From Glaucostegus cemiculus (Eukaryota), in assembly GCA_976551045.1 (NCBI GenBank), contig CDPCPM010000146.1, positions 806,001 through 870,000 on the forward strand: 64,000 bases of DNA, given 5' to 3'. Shown here piece after piece: positions 24,456 through 36,812 of this stretch. The notes beneath the pieces are model-generated. The model was not told the DNA's origin and ran no database searches. It worked only from the letters and a program-made list of their open reading frames with translations. The translations under genes were made by a program, and so were the position numbers. The first letter of the stretch is position 1. Every line of letters begins with the position of its first letter.

Positions 24456-24741
24456 GGCAAGCACAGTGGTTTAGCGGTTAGTGTGACACTATTACAACTC
24501 CAGCGACCCAGTTCCATTCCCACTGCTGTCTGTAAGGGGCGTGTACGTTCTTCCCATGTCCGCGTGGGTTTCCCCCGGGTGCTCCGGTTTCCTCCTACAT
24601 TCCGAGACGTACAGATTAGGAAGCTGTGGGCGTGCTATGTTGGTGCCGGAAGCGTGGCGACACTTGCGGGCTGCCCACAGCACACTCTATGCAAAAGATG
24701 CATTTCACTGTGTGTGACTAATAAAGATATTTTATCTTATT
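24456..24741 (+). mobile_element. V-SINE with alternative (Rex1-like) tail
   Basis: tRNA-like head, V-domain, then GGAAGCGTGGCGACACTTGCGGGCTGCCC...CATTTCACTGTGTG..GTGACTAATAAAGATAT. Confidence 0.88.
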
Positions 24742-25516
24742 AAAAAAATCTGGATTCTCATTCCTGCTGGTGGTAAATTGTTAGAGATGTAAGAAATGTA
24801 TTTATTTTAACTTTTCCTGTTAACTTTTCCCTCATTCCAAAATGTCTCCCTTTTTATTTCTTATTTATTCATTATTCTTTCCCCAGTTTGACCCTAATTC
24901 CCAGTATTCCCCGTATTATCTTTCCATGGTGCCGCTTTCTTTTGATATCCTTAATTCTAAAGGTTATTTCATAGGTTATTGTGATAATCTATGTTGTGAG
25001 TGTACTTTAAGATCCAGACAGTGGAACTTTGTGCTCCTGCTCTGTATTCCCAAGCAGGGAAAAAGTCAGTCAGCCTAATCCGTAATTTCCGGAGTTTAGG
25101 AGAATGAGAGGTGATCTCATTGACATATACAAAATACTCATGGTATTTGATGGAATTAGGTGGAGGTTTGATGTTTGCCCTGCTGGAGTTTCTCGAACCA
25201 GGGTCATGAAAATAAGGGGTTGACTGAGATGAGAAGCAATTCCTTCCCCCACAATTATCTACCCAAGAGGGCTATGGAAGCTCAAGTCATTGAATATATC
25301 CATGACAGAGACTGCTGAATTTTTAGATCCTAAGCAAATAAAGGGATGTGGATTTGGGAGAGAAGTGAAACTGATGTATAAGGTAAGCTATTACTTACTG
25401 AATAGTGAAGCACACGTGAGGAGCTAAATGGCTGACTTTCTTACTTTTTTTATATAGAAGAGACAAGATCCATGAAGAGATACAAGTTTAGTTGCAGCAA
25501 CTGGTTGGTTAATGTC

Positions 25517-25812
25517 AGATAAGATCAGATCAGGTATCTTTATTAGTCAAATGTACACTGGAAACACACAATGAAATGCCTCTTTTGCGTAGAGTGTTCT
25601 GGGGGCAGCCCGCAAGTGTCGCCACGCTTCCAGTGCCAACATTAGCGTGCCCACAACTTCCTAACCTGTACGTCTTTGGAAGGTGGGAGGAAACTGGAGC
25701 ACCTGGAGGAAACCCACACGGACACACAGGGAGAATGTACAAACTCCTTACAGACAGTGGCCGGAATTGAACCTGTGTTGCTGGTGCTGTAATAGTGTTA
25801 CGCCAACCACTA
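25517..25812 (-). mobile_element. V-SINE, alternative tail
   Basis: Reverse complement of the 24456 family. Confidence 0.88.
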
Positions 25813-25814
25813 GG

Positions 25815-26200
25815 CAACAGACAGTCTAACAAATAATAGATGCTGGCTGAACTCAACAAAGCAGTCACCCAATCTGTGTTTGGTTTCTCCAATGTAGAGG
25901 AGACAACACTGAGCACCAACTGCTGTAAACTCGCTTGGAAGAAAATGCAATGGAATTGCTGCCTCACCTGGAAGGTTAGTTTGGGTCTCTAAATTATGGG
26001 AAAGAAAGAAATAGGAGGACCAGTGTTGCCTCTCTTATGGGAGAGTGCTGTAAGAATAGACATGGTTGGTGAGCATGTAACAATGGACTTTATTAATAAG
26101 TTGAGGGGAAGATGAGTTTTTGCTGGTGAAATCTTGTTGAAGATGACGGAAGTTGTGAAGTAGCATCCATTGAATGTGGAGGCTAGAGTGGTGTTCATCT
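25815..26200 (-). mobile_element. Degraded Penelope GIY-YIG fragment
   Basis: FQVRQQFHC...LYIGETKHRLGDC-like segment read across frameshifts. Confidence 0.6.
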
Positions 26201-26479
26201 ACAGAACAATAGGGAAATTGTTTAACTTGTATTGTCTTGACTCCGGAACCCCAACTTCAATCATCGAGCTGCCATATACCAATGATTTTTGCATTGGTGT
26301 ATCTATTGGAGCCAAGCTCTATTATTGACTCATTCACATCCTAGCACCCAAAATCCACACAACAAAGATGCTGTACCAACCTCGAGCCCTCCCCCCTCAC
26401 CCCCATTCAACAAAATTCTCCAACAAGAAAGGTCCGGGACAAGAAAGACCCAGGAAAACAGAGACCATTTGCAAAATCT

Positions 26480-27080
26480 TAGGAGCTACCTCTCAGTGAG
26501 GGCATCTGAGGAATAGAGTGTTTAAAGATCAAAACCTCAACCCTGTCACAAAGGTCATGGACAACCGGGCAACTGTGTTCCCTAAACTCCTGAATCCTGA
26601 GACGTGGACTACCTTTAGCAGTCATCCAAAAACACTGGAGAAATATCATCAATATACTGTCCCTGCAAAATCCTCCAAATCCAGTGTCAGGATACACAAA
26701 CCAACCTCAGTGTCCTCTCCCTGGCCAATATTCCTAGCATTAAAGCTCTAATTACATTAAGCTGGTTTTGGGCAGTCGAGTGATTCACATGGCTTCAGCA
26801 GAACAGATACTCCAAATTCTTCAGAAAGAGATTAGCAGGTGGGAATAGGAAATGAATCAAGGATGTCCTCAAAGCTTCATTGAAAAACATCCCTACTGAC
26901 CTGTGGGAATCTTTTGTCCATAATCAATGAACTGCCTCCCTAGCTGCTCAAACATCCACCTCATGGAGTACTGGGCCGCCTGTAGCAGAATCTGCATGTC
27001 CCACATTGACCTCATCAGCCACCTCAGAACCCACAGAGATTGAGTGCAAGCAAGTTATCCTCAATCCCAAGGGACTGCCA
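26480..27080 (+). mobile_element. Degraded RTE-like LINE 3' fragment
   Basis: ETWTTFSSHPKTLEKYHQ...ILQIQ.QD..TNLSVLSLANIPSIKALI resembles the RTE post-RT region. Confidence 0.55.
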
Positions 27081-27644
27081 AAGAAGAACACAAATATTTG
27101 TAGTGAATATTTCATTATAATTTTGTCTCTTTTTATTAACTGCTTTATGAAAGTAATAAATGCCGAGAATTAACTTTCATTAAGGTGGGTCTCTGATAAT
27201 ACTTCACCCATTGTATCATCACTTTCTTTACTGTTCAGATTGTCTTGTTTCAGAGGATCTATTGCCAAGGCGACATACCACTTTAAAAACAGACCATTAT
27301 AACCATGCAAATTGAGGCTCTGACACATTGTGTAAGTGTTAGGACGTGGGTTGTGAATTTCCCACAGTGAGTTCCTGATTGGAGTCTTGTCATCACAGTG
27401 AGACAACATGCTTCCCTACAGAAAGAATCTAAGGGAGATTCACAAGATTATTCTTGTACACCTTATGGCTGTGTCTGTAATCAGAGAGAAAGAAAGACTT
27501 GCATTTATACAGTACTGTTCACTGCTTAAGAAGATTCCAAAGCACTTTACAGACAATGAAGTATTTTCTTGAAGTACAGTCTCTGTTGTATTGTAAATTA
27601 AGAAGATGAAAGAATTGACAAACTTCTATTGCTAAATGCATCAA

Positions 27645-28072
27645 TAACACTCTTGCCTCAGATTCAGAAGACACTATGTTGCCCCCAGAGACTTGAATTC
27701 AAAATTCCAGCTTAACATTTCAGATAGCACTGAAGGACTGTTGCATTGCTTTTCACATGAGCCGTTAAACCAAGGCACTGTCTGCTCTCTCAGGTGGATG
27801 CAGAAGATTCCACAGAACTTTGAAGAAGAGCACAGGGTTTATTCCCAGTGTCTTGGAACAAGATTGATTCCCAAATCAACATCACCAAAAAAAAAATCAG
27901 ACTATCTAGTCATTAGCACCTTGCTATTTATGGGAGCTTGGTGGTTGCAAATTGAATGCTATTTCCTGCATTACAATAGAAATAAATGCACCTAAAAGAG
28001 TTCCATGGCTGTGCAGCACATTGGGATCTCTTGAGGTTGTGAAAGGCACTTTATGTGCAAACCTTTGTTTCC
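27645..28072 (+). mobile_element. Deu-domain SINE (SacSINE1/AmnSINE1-like)
   Basis: ATGAG.CGTTAAACCAAGGC.CTGTCTGCTCTCTCAGGTGGATG...TTTGAAGAAGAGCA.AGGG Deu-like core; tail GAGGTTGTGAAAGGCACTTTAT. Confidence 0.75.
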
Positions 28073-29504
28073 TTTTAATGTCATAACTTGCAACGAGAAT
28101 CTCCACTGTTACTGTCAGAATTCAGGTATTTATGTCCATGATAAAATGTCCCTGAGCTGAATTTGATTCTAAGGTACAGAACTGAAATGACAAGTGATTG
28201 AGAAGCCTTAAACCATACGATAAATGTCTCTTGTCATGGACAACACAATATTTTGGAAGTTGTATAACATTTTACCTTCTGACAGGAAGGCTTTAGAGCC
28301 ATATCCCAATTTAACAATCATTCCAATTCATCTGTTTAAGTTGGATAGATAGCTCCACATTCTCGTTCCATAAGAGTACATGAGTCACGTATCTTAGATG
28401 AGAAAACTGCCTGTCTGAATTACACCCATGCCAGGCCTGTGCTGGTGTAACATTGGCAATGGGAATGAAATGTTTGTAGCCCAAATTGCAATTGCTTTCC
28501 TGAGAGAGACCTTCTGAAGCTGAGGAAATGGGAGCAAGACAGACATCTTTGTCATCAAAATTAGACTAAATAATAATATGCAGTGACTTGACTGTAAAAT
28601 AAAAATATATGATTTGTTTGTGTTTCTTACCTGGTTTCACATTTGCCCTGTTATCCTTTACCCAAGCACCGTTTTCCTAGGTCCATACCTCTTCATCTTC
28701 AGTATCCTTCAGTTCTACTGACAGGATATCAACCTGAAATGTTAACAGTTTCTCTCTCCATAGATGTTGCTGATGATTCTTGCATTTACTATTTGTGAAA
28801 ACCCTCTAAGGTGAAATCCAAGGACAAATTACTGAGTGCCCATGGAAGAAAGCATCAATACTTGAGTGCTACATCTCGCAGTACCAGGATCGTAAATGGG
28901 TTATAGAAGTTTTCATCAATATGCCATACATCCTCAAGGTTCAAAATTCACTGTTTCATATTAACAACTACATAACAAAGCCTTCATCTGCAGTCTGAAA
29001 GTTCCTTCATCCAATTTTATAGCTCTATTAGTTTAGCTGTCTAGTGCTACCTTGATGATGAATATCAAATGAGACTTAAAACTGATTTCATGTTAGGGAA
29101 GAAGCCTACACACAATGACAGTGAAAGAAAGAGGATTTAAGAAGATATCATTGACTACAGAGATCCATTCAGGCCACTGATTTGATGGAATACATGTTAC
29201 CATGGGAGGTAAGTAATGAGTGGGAGAATAAATACTGTTTGTCAATGCAGAATTCCAGTCAATCATTGTGACATTCCCATTGCTTGGCAGATATGCAGAA
29301 ACTTTTATACTGTTCTCCATCTCACAAATACAAAGGATAAAATATCCAGCCATTCTTGTATGTTTTATAAAATAATCACACCAACACGACACAGGAGGTG
29401 GAAAATGATTACACACAAGAAAAGATGCAACTCTTCCTCTCCAAGTGATGCCAAAGATAATAGATAATAAATAGAATAAAGATAGAATAGACAGAATTAA
29501 GATT

Positions 29505-29662
29505 TTTATACCGACTTTCTCTCCTTTTTCTCTCTGGTCCTGATGAAAGGTCCTGACCAGAAACGTTCATTTCCTTCCAAATATGCTGCCTGACCCACTG
29601 AGTTCCTCTAGCTTTTTGTGTGCTGCTCCAGATTTCCAGCATCTGCAGTCTCTTCTGTCTCC
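29505..29662 (+). mobile_element. Penelope pLTR fragment with the best-preserved hammerhead core
   Basis: CTGATGA (29540-29546), GGT-CCTG-ACC hairpin, GAAA (29560-29563), CGTT; then TGCTGCCTGACCCACTGAGTTCCTC...CCAGCATCTGCAGTC. Confidence 0.75.
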
Positions 29663-30489
29663 ATGTACTCAACTGACCCAACCGCTTTGCCTCACTCAAC
29701 CATCTATCAATTCAAACATCATCACCTGGGAAGTCAGATAACATCAGGATGTGGTACCAGATAATTCACAGAGCACAAAGGAGCTGATGAGTTGATGATA
29801 ACATCCTACTTTCCCAGTAGATGCCAAGGGGAAGGCTATTCATAACAGCTTTGTTGGGGGGACTAAGCTCACATGGATGCTTAACTAAACAATGCATTTT
29901 TCCAAAGAACATCATACTAATTTACAAGCTCCTACCAGTGACTTTAGTCTACAGTTATTGCTGGACAATGTCAAGAATGCCTGTTCCTTGTTGTAGGACC
30001 CATAGCATTTGATTTTGTGTCAGCCCCTTTACAATCAGTGTTGAATTCTGCTCCAGAAAAAGTCAGCTAACACATGTGCTCTCCCTCTATTGACAGAGTT
30101 GATGGTGGTAACAGGAGCTACAGACTTTCAGACTATGAAAGTAGAATTGTTGACTAACAGTGTTTTCTCACCAAAACAGCAATTGGTGGAGATTCTGCTC
30201 CAGAAAATTGTGCAGTGGAATGGGCGTGGTTGACGTTCATCAGTGTGTGTCAGTTTTTTGAAGAACAAAAGCTCAGACTGGGAATCATGCCTTCCCCCAG
30301 AGTGCACCATGCAGGTTTCTCATAGAGAGGATGGATTCATTCCTAGGCTATAAGCTTCATTAACAAGGCCTTCATTTATTGCCAATCTTAGGTTATTCTT
30401 TAGAAAGTGGCATTCTATGTGGTGAAGATACTACCTGGGTATTTTGAGGAGTTCCAAGATTGCCAGCCAACCACAGTAATAGGTACAAT

Positions 30490-30900
30490 AATAGGGCTTT
30501 ACTCGTTGGAGAGGAGGAGGATGAGAAGGGACTTGATAGAGGTGTATAAGATATTGAGAGGAATAGATAGAGTTGACAGCCAGCGCCTCTTTCCCAGAGC
30601 ACAGGTGCTCAAGATGAGAGGGCATGGCTTTAAGATATTGAGTGGAAAGTTCAGGGGAGATGTCAGAGGGAAGTTTTTCACCCAGAGAGTGGTTCGCGCA
30701 TGGAATGCACTGCCTGGGGTCGTGGTGGAGGCAGATAACTTGGACAGGTTCAAGAGATTGTTAGATTGGCATATGAGGAATGTGGAATAGAGGGATATGC
30801 AGGAGGAAAGAGTTAGATCATGTGAGGTTTGATGGATGGCACAACTGGGTGGGCCGAAGGGCCTGTTTTGTGCTGTATTGTTCTATGGTTCTATGGTTCT
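30490..30900 (+). mobile_element. CR1 3' fragment
   Basis: GLYSLERRRMRRDLIEVYKILRGIDRVD...FFTQRVVRAWNALP; (TTCTATGG)n tail. Confidence 0.92.
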
Positions 30901-31334
30901 AATATATTTCCAGAATGGCATTTGAAGGAGAGGAACTGCAAGGTGATGGTGATCCCATGAACCTGTTGGCCTCTTCTTTCTAGGAGGTTACGGGATTGGG
31001 AGGTACTGCTGAATCAGCAGTGTCACATTCCCACAAACAGTCAGAGTTCAAGTTGATCGAGTTCTCCATTTTACAAATTTATAAGTTTTTCTCTTCTACC
31101 AACCTCAGTTGCAACTGTTCTATTAAGAATGTATTCACATTTATTCTTTGTTTCTATCAAGGCAGGCCTCACTGGTTCTGTTGTCAGATTTAATTGTAAA
31201 TGATTAATGCAGCCTGTTCCATGGTGAGACTGTGACTAAACCAGAGCCTAGATGAAAGGGTGTTTGTACACCCAGATGGGCCATGAACAACATGTCAAAG
31301 GTTGAATGAGTTCCCTGTGAGCCAAGATCATCTA

Positions 31335-31505
31335 TTGGTAAATTGGTAAATGGGTTTATTATTGTCACGTGTACCAAGCTACAGTGAAAAATCTTTGCGA
31401 TGCATGTCATCCATGCAGATCTTCTCATTACAACAGTGCATTGAGCTAGTACAAGAGAAAGCAATAACGAAATGCAGTACAGGCAGACAATAAGGTGCAA
31501 GGCCA
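31335..31505 (-). mobile_element. Rex1-like 3'UTR fragment
   Basis: Reverse complement of the tail seen at 43600-43806. Confidence 0.7.
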
Positions 31506-32517
31506 TCTTAGCATCATAGAATTTAGATTTAAAAGAGTAGAACAATTATAATAGAAACAATGAATAGATCTGCAGAGGGCAGCTTGCAATCACCACGCTC
31601 TAGCGCCATTGATCTTCAATTAATGTTGATTAAAATTATAGAAAACAAACCACTTGCCATATTTTTGGAGAGGAGATGGTGGTATCAGGTTACTCTATCT
31701 GAAGAGTCACCTACAAACAAACCAACTCAATTAAACTCATACCAGATCGGATCAACACTGCAGGAGCAACCCAGGGCAGAGTGAAGGAATACTGCTGCTG
31801 CATCAAAGGCACTCAAAGGTACCCCAAATGTTGCAGCAACCTCAAGGCTAACTTAATTATTCTTGATGCACTTTGAAGCTAACCTCTGAGATTTAGGAAC
31901 AGGAACGTTGCTAGTTCTCATTTCCATTCACTTAATGATCTCCAAAGGGACATGATGTGTGGATCATGGAGATGATACTTAATGATTAAGCAGTTGCATA
32001 TGCTGAATATGATGACAACTAGCATTGACCTAGAAATTACCATACTAATTTTAATGGTATTAAAGCAGCAATGTAGGTCATCCTAACACTGTTTGTTATA
32101 GTGCCATATAGATTGAAATAAAAGCAGAATTCTTCCTGTTGGTGAATAAATGGTAGATGAAGTCATGTTTCCCCAGTATGGGATTTGGGTGACCTTCTTG
32201 GTGTAGGAGCGAATAGCAAGCTGAGATGTGGTAGAAACATGCAATAATCCTGATACTTGGATGCTGAGGGTGGCCGGGGTATTTGTCTCCATGGGTGCAT
32301 CACTCAAGTATACATGTGATGGCATATTTGAGGTGGCAGAAGGTCACAGATCTCATTGAGAATAAAGATTAGCGTTCGATTATTGACCTTTTAAGTTTCT
32401 GGGGAAATGAGTAAGTAAAATCTGTTTTTTCTGAACAGATAAAAAACTGCTATTTTTGAGACCAGGGTGATTGGAAAGCTTTGAGTTTGTAACAAGCAGA
32501 AGAGATAAGAGCAAATC

Positions 32518-33430
32518 AGTTTGCTGATGATACAAAACTGGTTGGCAGTGTGGGCTGTGAGAAAGTTGCAGAGAAATTTACGGAAGACATAGACAGCTTA
32601 TTTGGATGGAAAAAGACATGGCAGTTGGAATATACAGTAAGGTAGAAAAATGTGAGCTCATCCACTTTGGTTGGCAGAAAAAGAACAGTAATTTAATGCA
32701 GAGAGGTCAAAAGGTGTTGGTGTTCAGTGAGACCCCAGAGATTTTGTGCATGAATGATTGAAAATTAATGTGAATATAAAGCAAACAATTAGGAAGGTAA
32801 ATTATATGTTGGCCTTTATTGCAGGAGGATTTGGGTATAATTGTCGGAAAATTTTGTTCCAGTTATGTAGAGCCTTCATAAGTATTGTGTGTAGGTCTGG
32901 TCTCCTTACTTAAGGACGGTTATAAGTGATTGAGGGAATACAGCAAAGGTTTACGAGGTTGATTCCTGGGATGGCAAATTGTCATGTGAAAAAAGGTTAA
33001 GCAGTCTGCCCTATACTGTCTTGGGTTTTGCTGAATGAAAAGTGATCTCATTGAAAGCAACAAAATTCTTATAGGGTTTGACAGGGCAGATGCAAAGACG
33101 ATGTTCCACATGGCCTGGGTGTTAAAAATCCAGGGTCACTGTCTCAATATAAAGTGTATTCTGTTCAGGACAGAGATGAAAAGAGATCACTTTACCCAGA
33201 GGTTAGCGAAGCTTTAGAATTCTTTGTCCAAGAGGCTATGGAGGCTCAGTCACCGAGCATAGTCAAGAAGGAGATCAATAGGTTTTTACGTAACTAGGGT
33301 ATCAAGGAATATGTGATTAAGGGAGGAAAGTGACACTGAGGTAAAAGATCTACCATGATCTTATTGAATGGTGGAGTAGGCACATGGGGCTAAATGGCCC
33401 ACTCTTACTTCTATTTCTTATGCTGTTATG
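32518..33430 (+). mobile_element. Degraded CR1 RT/3' fragment
   Basis: FADDTKL.G at 32520, followed by frameshifted CR1 motifs and a tail. Confidence 0.82.
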
Positions 33431-35784
33431 AAAATCATACTGGAGACTTGAAATACTCCACCACTGCTGTCCTCAATTGGTGGGGTACTTCATTGGAAAA
33501 ATGATGCCATCACCAATGAACATCTAGCCAAGAAGACAGGGGTTGATTTTCTGATACCAGGTGTTGGTTCTGATACCAGTGTTGTTTTCCCAATTTTCAA
33601 CTACTAGCACCTTTTGTCATGATTCTGAGTACTGGCCCTTGATTTAATTCCTTAGATGCATCGTTGTACAGCACATGGATTCCATGCTGGACTGATTGCA
33701 CAATGACACACACCTGAGCCCCATCAGGGGCCTGGCATAAGTACCTGGGTTTCTCTAGCACTAGTTGCCAGAGGATTGGTCAACCTTCAGGTATACTTTG
33801 GCTCCTAGCTGCTTAGAGTGGTCTACTCCAGAGCAGTCCTGTGTTCTCTATTCCTGCTTGAAGATTCAGTTTGTGTTGGGATTACTACTCAGATCTCTGA
33901 GGCAAGATTTCCTTCTAGTTGCTGCCTGTGTTTGGTCCTGAGGAAGTATCCTGACTCCAGTCTTGTACCAGTGTGCTGCATTTCAGTTCTCTGTGAGCTT
34001 GCTCTTCAATCAACATTGTGACACCTTTTGGCTTTGGAGTTTTTTTTAAGGAATTCCTAATGCTAGTACCTTTAACAAAACTAAATATCTCAAGATAATT
34101 AATTGAAATATTATGAGACAAAATATGACTATGAATAATAAAAGTTGAAAATGAAGCAGGAGGTCAAACTTGAGAAAAAGACATATATTTTAAGAGCATC
34201 TTAAGGTTGTTGAAAATATTGCAGATCTTTTATAAGATAATTCCACAGTTTAGGGTCAAGGTAGCAGAAGCCTTGACTAGTGATGGAGTAACAAGTATCA
34301 GGGATAATCATGAATTTAGTACTATAGGGATATGGATCTACTAAAGGTTTGTAGGTTATGTAAAAGGGGAGAAAAAACCCAAGGCAGGTTTGATCACAAG
34401 GATGAGAAGTTTAAAACTGAGGTTTTGCTGCTGAGGTTTTACATGGGGTCATTTAGGACATGAGTGATAAATGAGTGGGGCATTGCATATGTTAACACAC
34501 AGGGAACAATTCTAGATGAGCTTTCATGTCTGCATTTATGGTACATACAATTTATGGTATGTGATGAGCACCTTGATCTGTGGAGTACGGTATTTCACTC
34601 TTATGCATACTGAATGTGCATATAGTAGTGACAATAAATCTGATTCTGAAAACTGAAGGACAGCTGGGAGATTATTGGAATAAATTAGGAGAGAAAAATT
34701 ATCAAGTGATGCACTCCACTCACACTGTTGCATTGAACTGCTGCAGAGTGCTGTAAGTAGCAAAGGGTTTCAGGGGTCTTGTGCAGGAAAATTACATATT
34801 AGTGGCTATAACATGCCAGTTGCTGTTCACTGCTATGACTCTGACTTTGAAATGTAGCATTGGATTATCAGACAATCTTCAAATCACTTTTGGTATGATG
34901 AACATTAACAGATCTTGGCTGATCCTTAAGGAGCGTAAAACTGCTCTTCCTCATAACAAATGTTTCCCTTATCAGCTGAAGTCTGATCAGTAATGTAAGC
35001 AGCCATGTGGAGAGTTTCCAATCAACTGTCTGCCTACCTCTCAGAATGAAATATCACTTCGGGGAATAGATCAGAACGTGTAATTGCAAATATCAACATT
35101 ACCATTCCTTATCTCGTCTTAAAAATGAAATGATGTCAAGATTGGATTGTATTAGAATGGTGACTTTTGATGGCTAATTTATTATTTAATTTCTGATTTT
35201 CTTAAGAAACACAAGAGATTGTATGAGGTGTTGCATAATTAAATAATAGAACTAAACTCTGATTCTTTTCTAAAATAGCTTTGTATATCTGCAATTAGGG
35301 AGTTACTTTGACACAATGTGCCTATTTTCCAATATAAATGTGCAGACAGTGAGTTGCTGTGTAGAGGATCAGATTGACTGGGTTATGCAGGACTAATTTC
35401 AAACATTTATTACATTCTCAGAGTGAGCTCTTGATTATATCATGGCCAATGTGCCTAGCTTTAGCCCCAATTGGAGAACTGATGGGCTTGAATTTTCTGC
35501 TTGAGCTTACTGAATGATCAGTCATTAGCTGCAAGTGCAGCTTTTCTCCTGTGTAGCCTAATGAGACAAGTGAAAAATCAAGCCACTATACAATGCATAG
35601 AGACCTGTGCAGTTACAATTAAGAGCTTGCATGTAAGGGATAACATTTGCTTTGACCTTATTAAGCTTCAAAATCAATTTTAAGTTTTCCTCAAATTTGG
35701 CAGGGAGGAGGAGGGAAAAAAATAAAATGAAAAGGAGCCGATTGAAAAGGAACAAAATAGATCCTGTGGATAAGTAATAAGACC

Positions 35785-36302
35785 ATAAGACAAAGGAGCA
35801 GAAGTCAGCCATTCGGCCCATCAAGTCTGCTCCACCATTCTATCATGAGCTGATCCATTCTCCCATTTAGCCCCACTCCCTCACCTTCTTACCATAACCT
35901 TTGATGCCCTGGCTATCAATCCCTAGCTTAAATACACCCAATGACTTTGCCTCCACTTCTGCCTGTGGCAACAAATTCCACATATTCACCACTCTCTGGC
36001 TAAAGAAATTTCTCCGCATCTCTGTACTGAACGGGCACCCTTCAATCCTGAAGTCATGCCCTCTTGTACTAGACTCCCCTGCCATGGGAAACAACTTTGC
36101 TACATCTACTCTGTCCAGGCCTTTCAACATTAAAAATGTTCCTACGAGGTCCCCCCTCGTTCTTCTGAACTCCAAGGAGTACAGCCCAAGAGCCGTCAAA
36201 CGTTCCTCACATCTTAACCCTCTCATTCCTGGAATCATTCTAGTGAATCTTCTCTAAACCCTCTCCAACGTCAACACATCCTTTCTTAAATAAGGAGTCC
36301 AA
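35785..36302 (-). mobile_element. CR1 3' fragment
   Basis: MIPGMRGL..EERL.ALGLYSLEFRR.RGDL...FFSQRVVN.WN.LP. Confidence 0.9.
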
Positions 36303-36384
36303 TGGAGTGACATCTCACCTAACTCCCTGTTTGATAGGGGTAAAAATGGATTTGCAGCTGCAAAAAAAGTTTGGGTAATAAGGT

Positions 36385-36812
36385 ATTAAGTGATGTGCAC
36401 CCCCAGCAACTTGGTGCTGCCTACTTGTTCTACAGCAGACCCATTGATGGTCAGTGGGGCGTGCACACAGCGACCCCTCCTGAAATCCACTATCATCTCC
36501 TTGGTTTTTTCCACATTCAAGGAGAGGTTGTTGTCCCTGCACCACCTGGCCAGTTGCTTCACCTCCTCTCTGTAGTCCGACTCATCGTTGTCCGTGACAA
36601 GACCCACCACTGCCGTGTCATCAGTGAACTTAACAATGTGGTTGAAGCTGGATCTGGCCACACAGTCGTGAGTCAACAAGGTGAACAGGAGTGGGCTTAG
36701 CACACAACCCTGCAGGGAGCCAGTGCTCAGTGTGATGGTGCTCGAGGTGTTTTCACCAATTTTGACCGACTGCGGCCTGCAAGTAAGAAAGTCCAGTATC
36801 CAGTTGCAGAGA
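36385..36812 (-). mobile_element. Rex1/Babar-like RT fragment
   Basis: [15 protein letters not shown]...[17 protein letters not shown]...KFTDDT...[23 protein letters not shown]. Confidence 0.88.
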
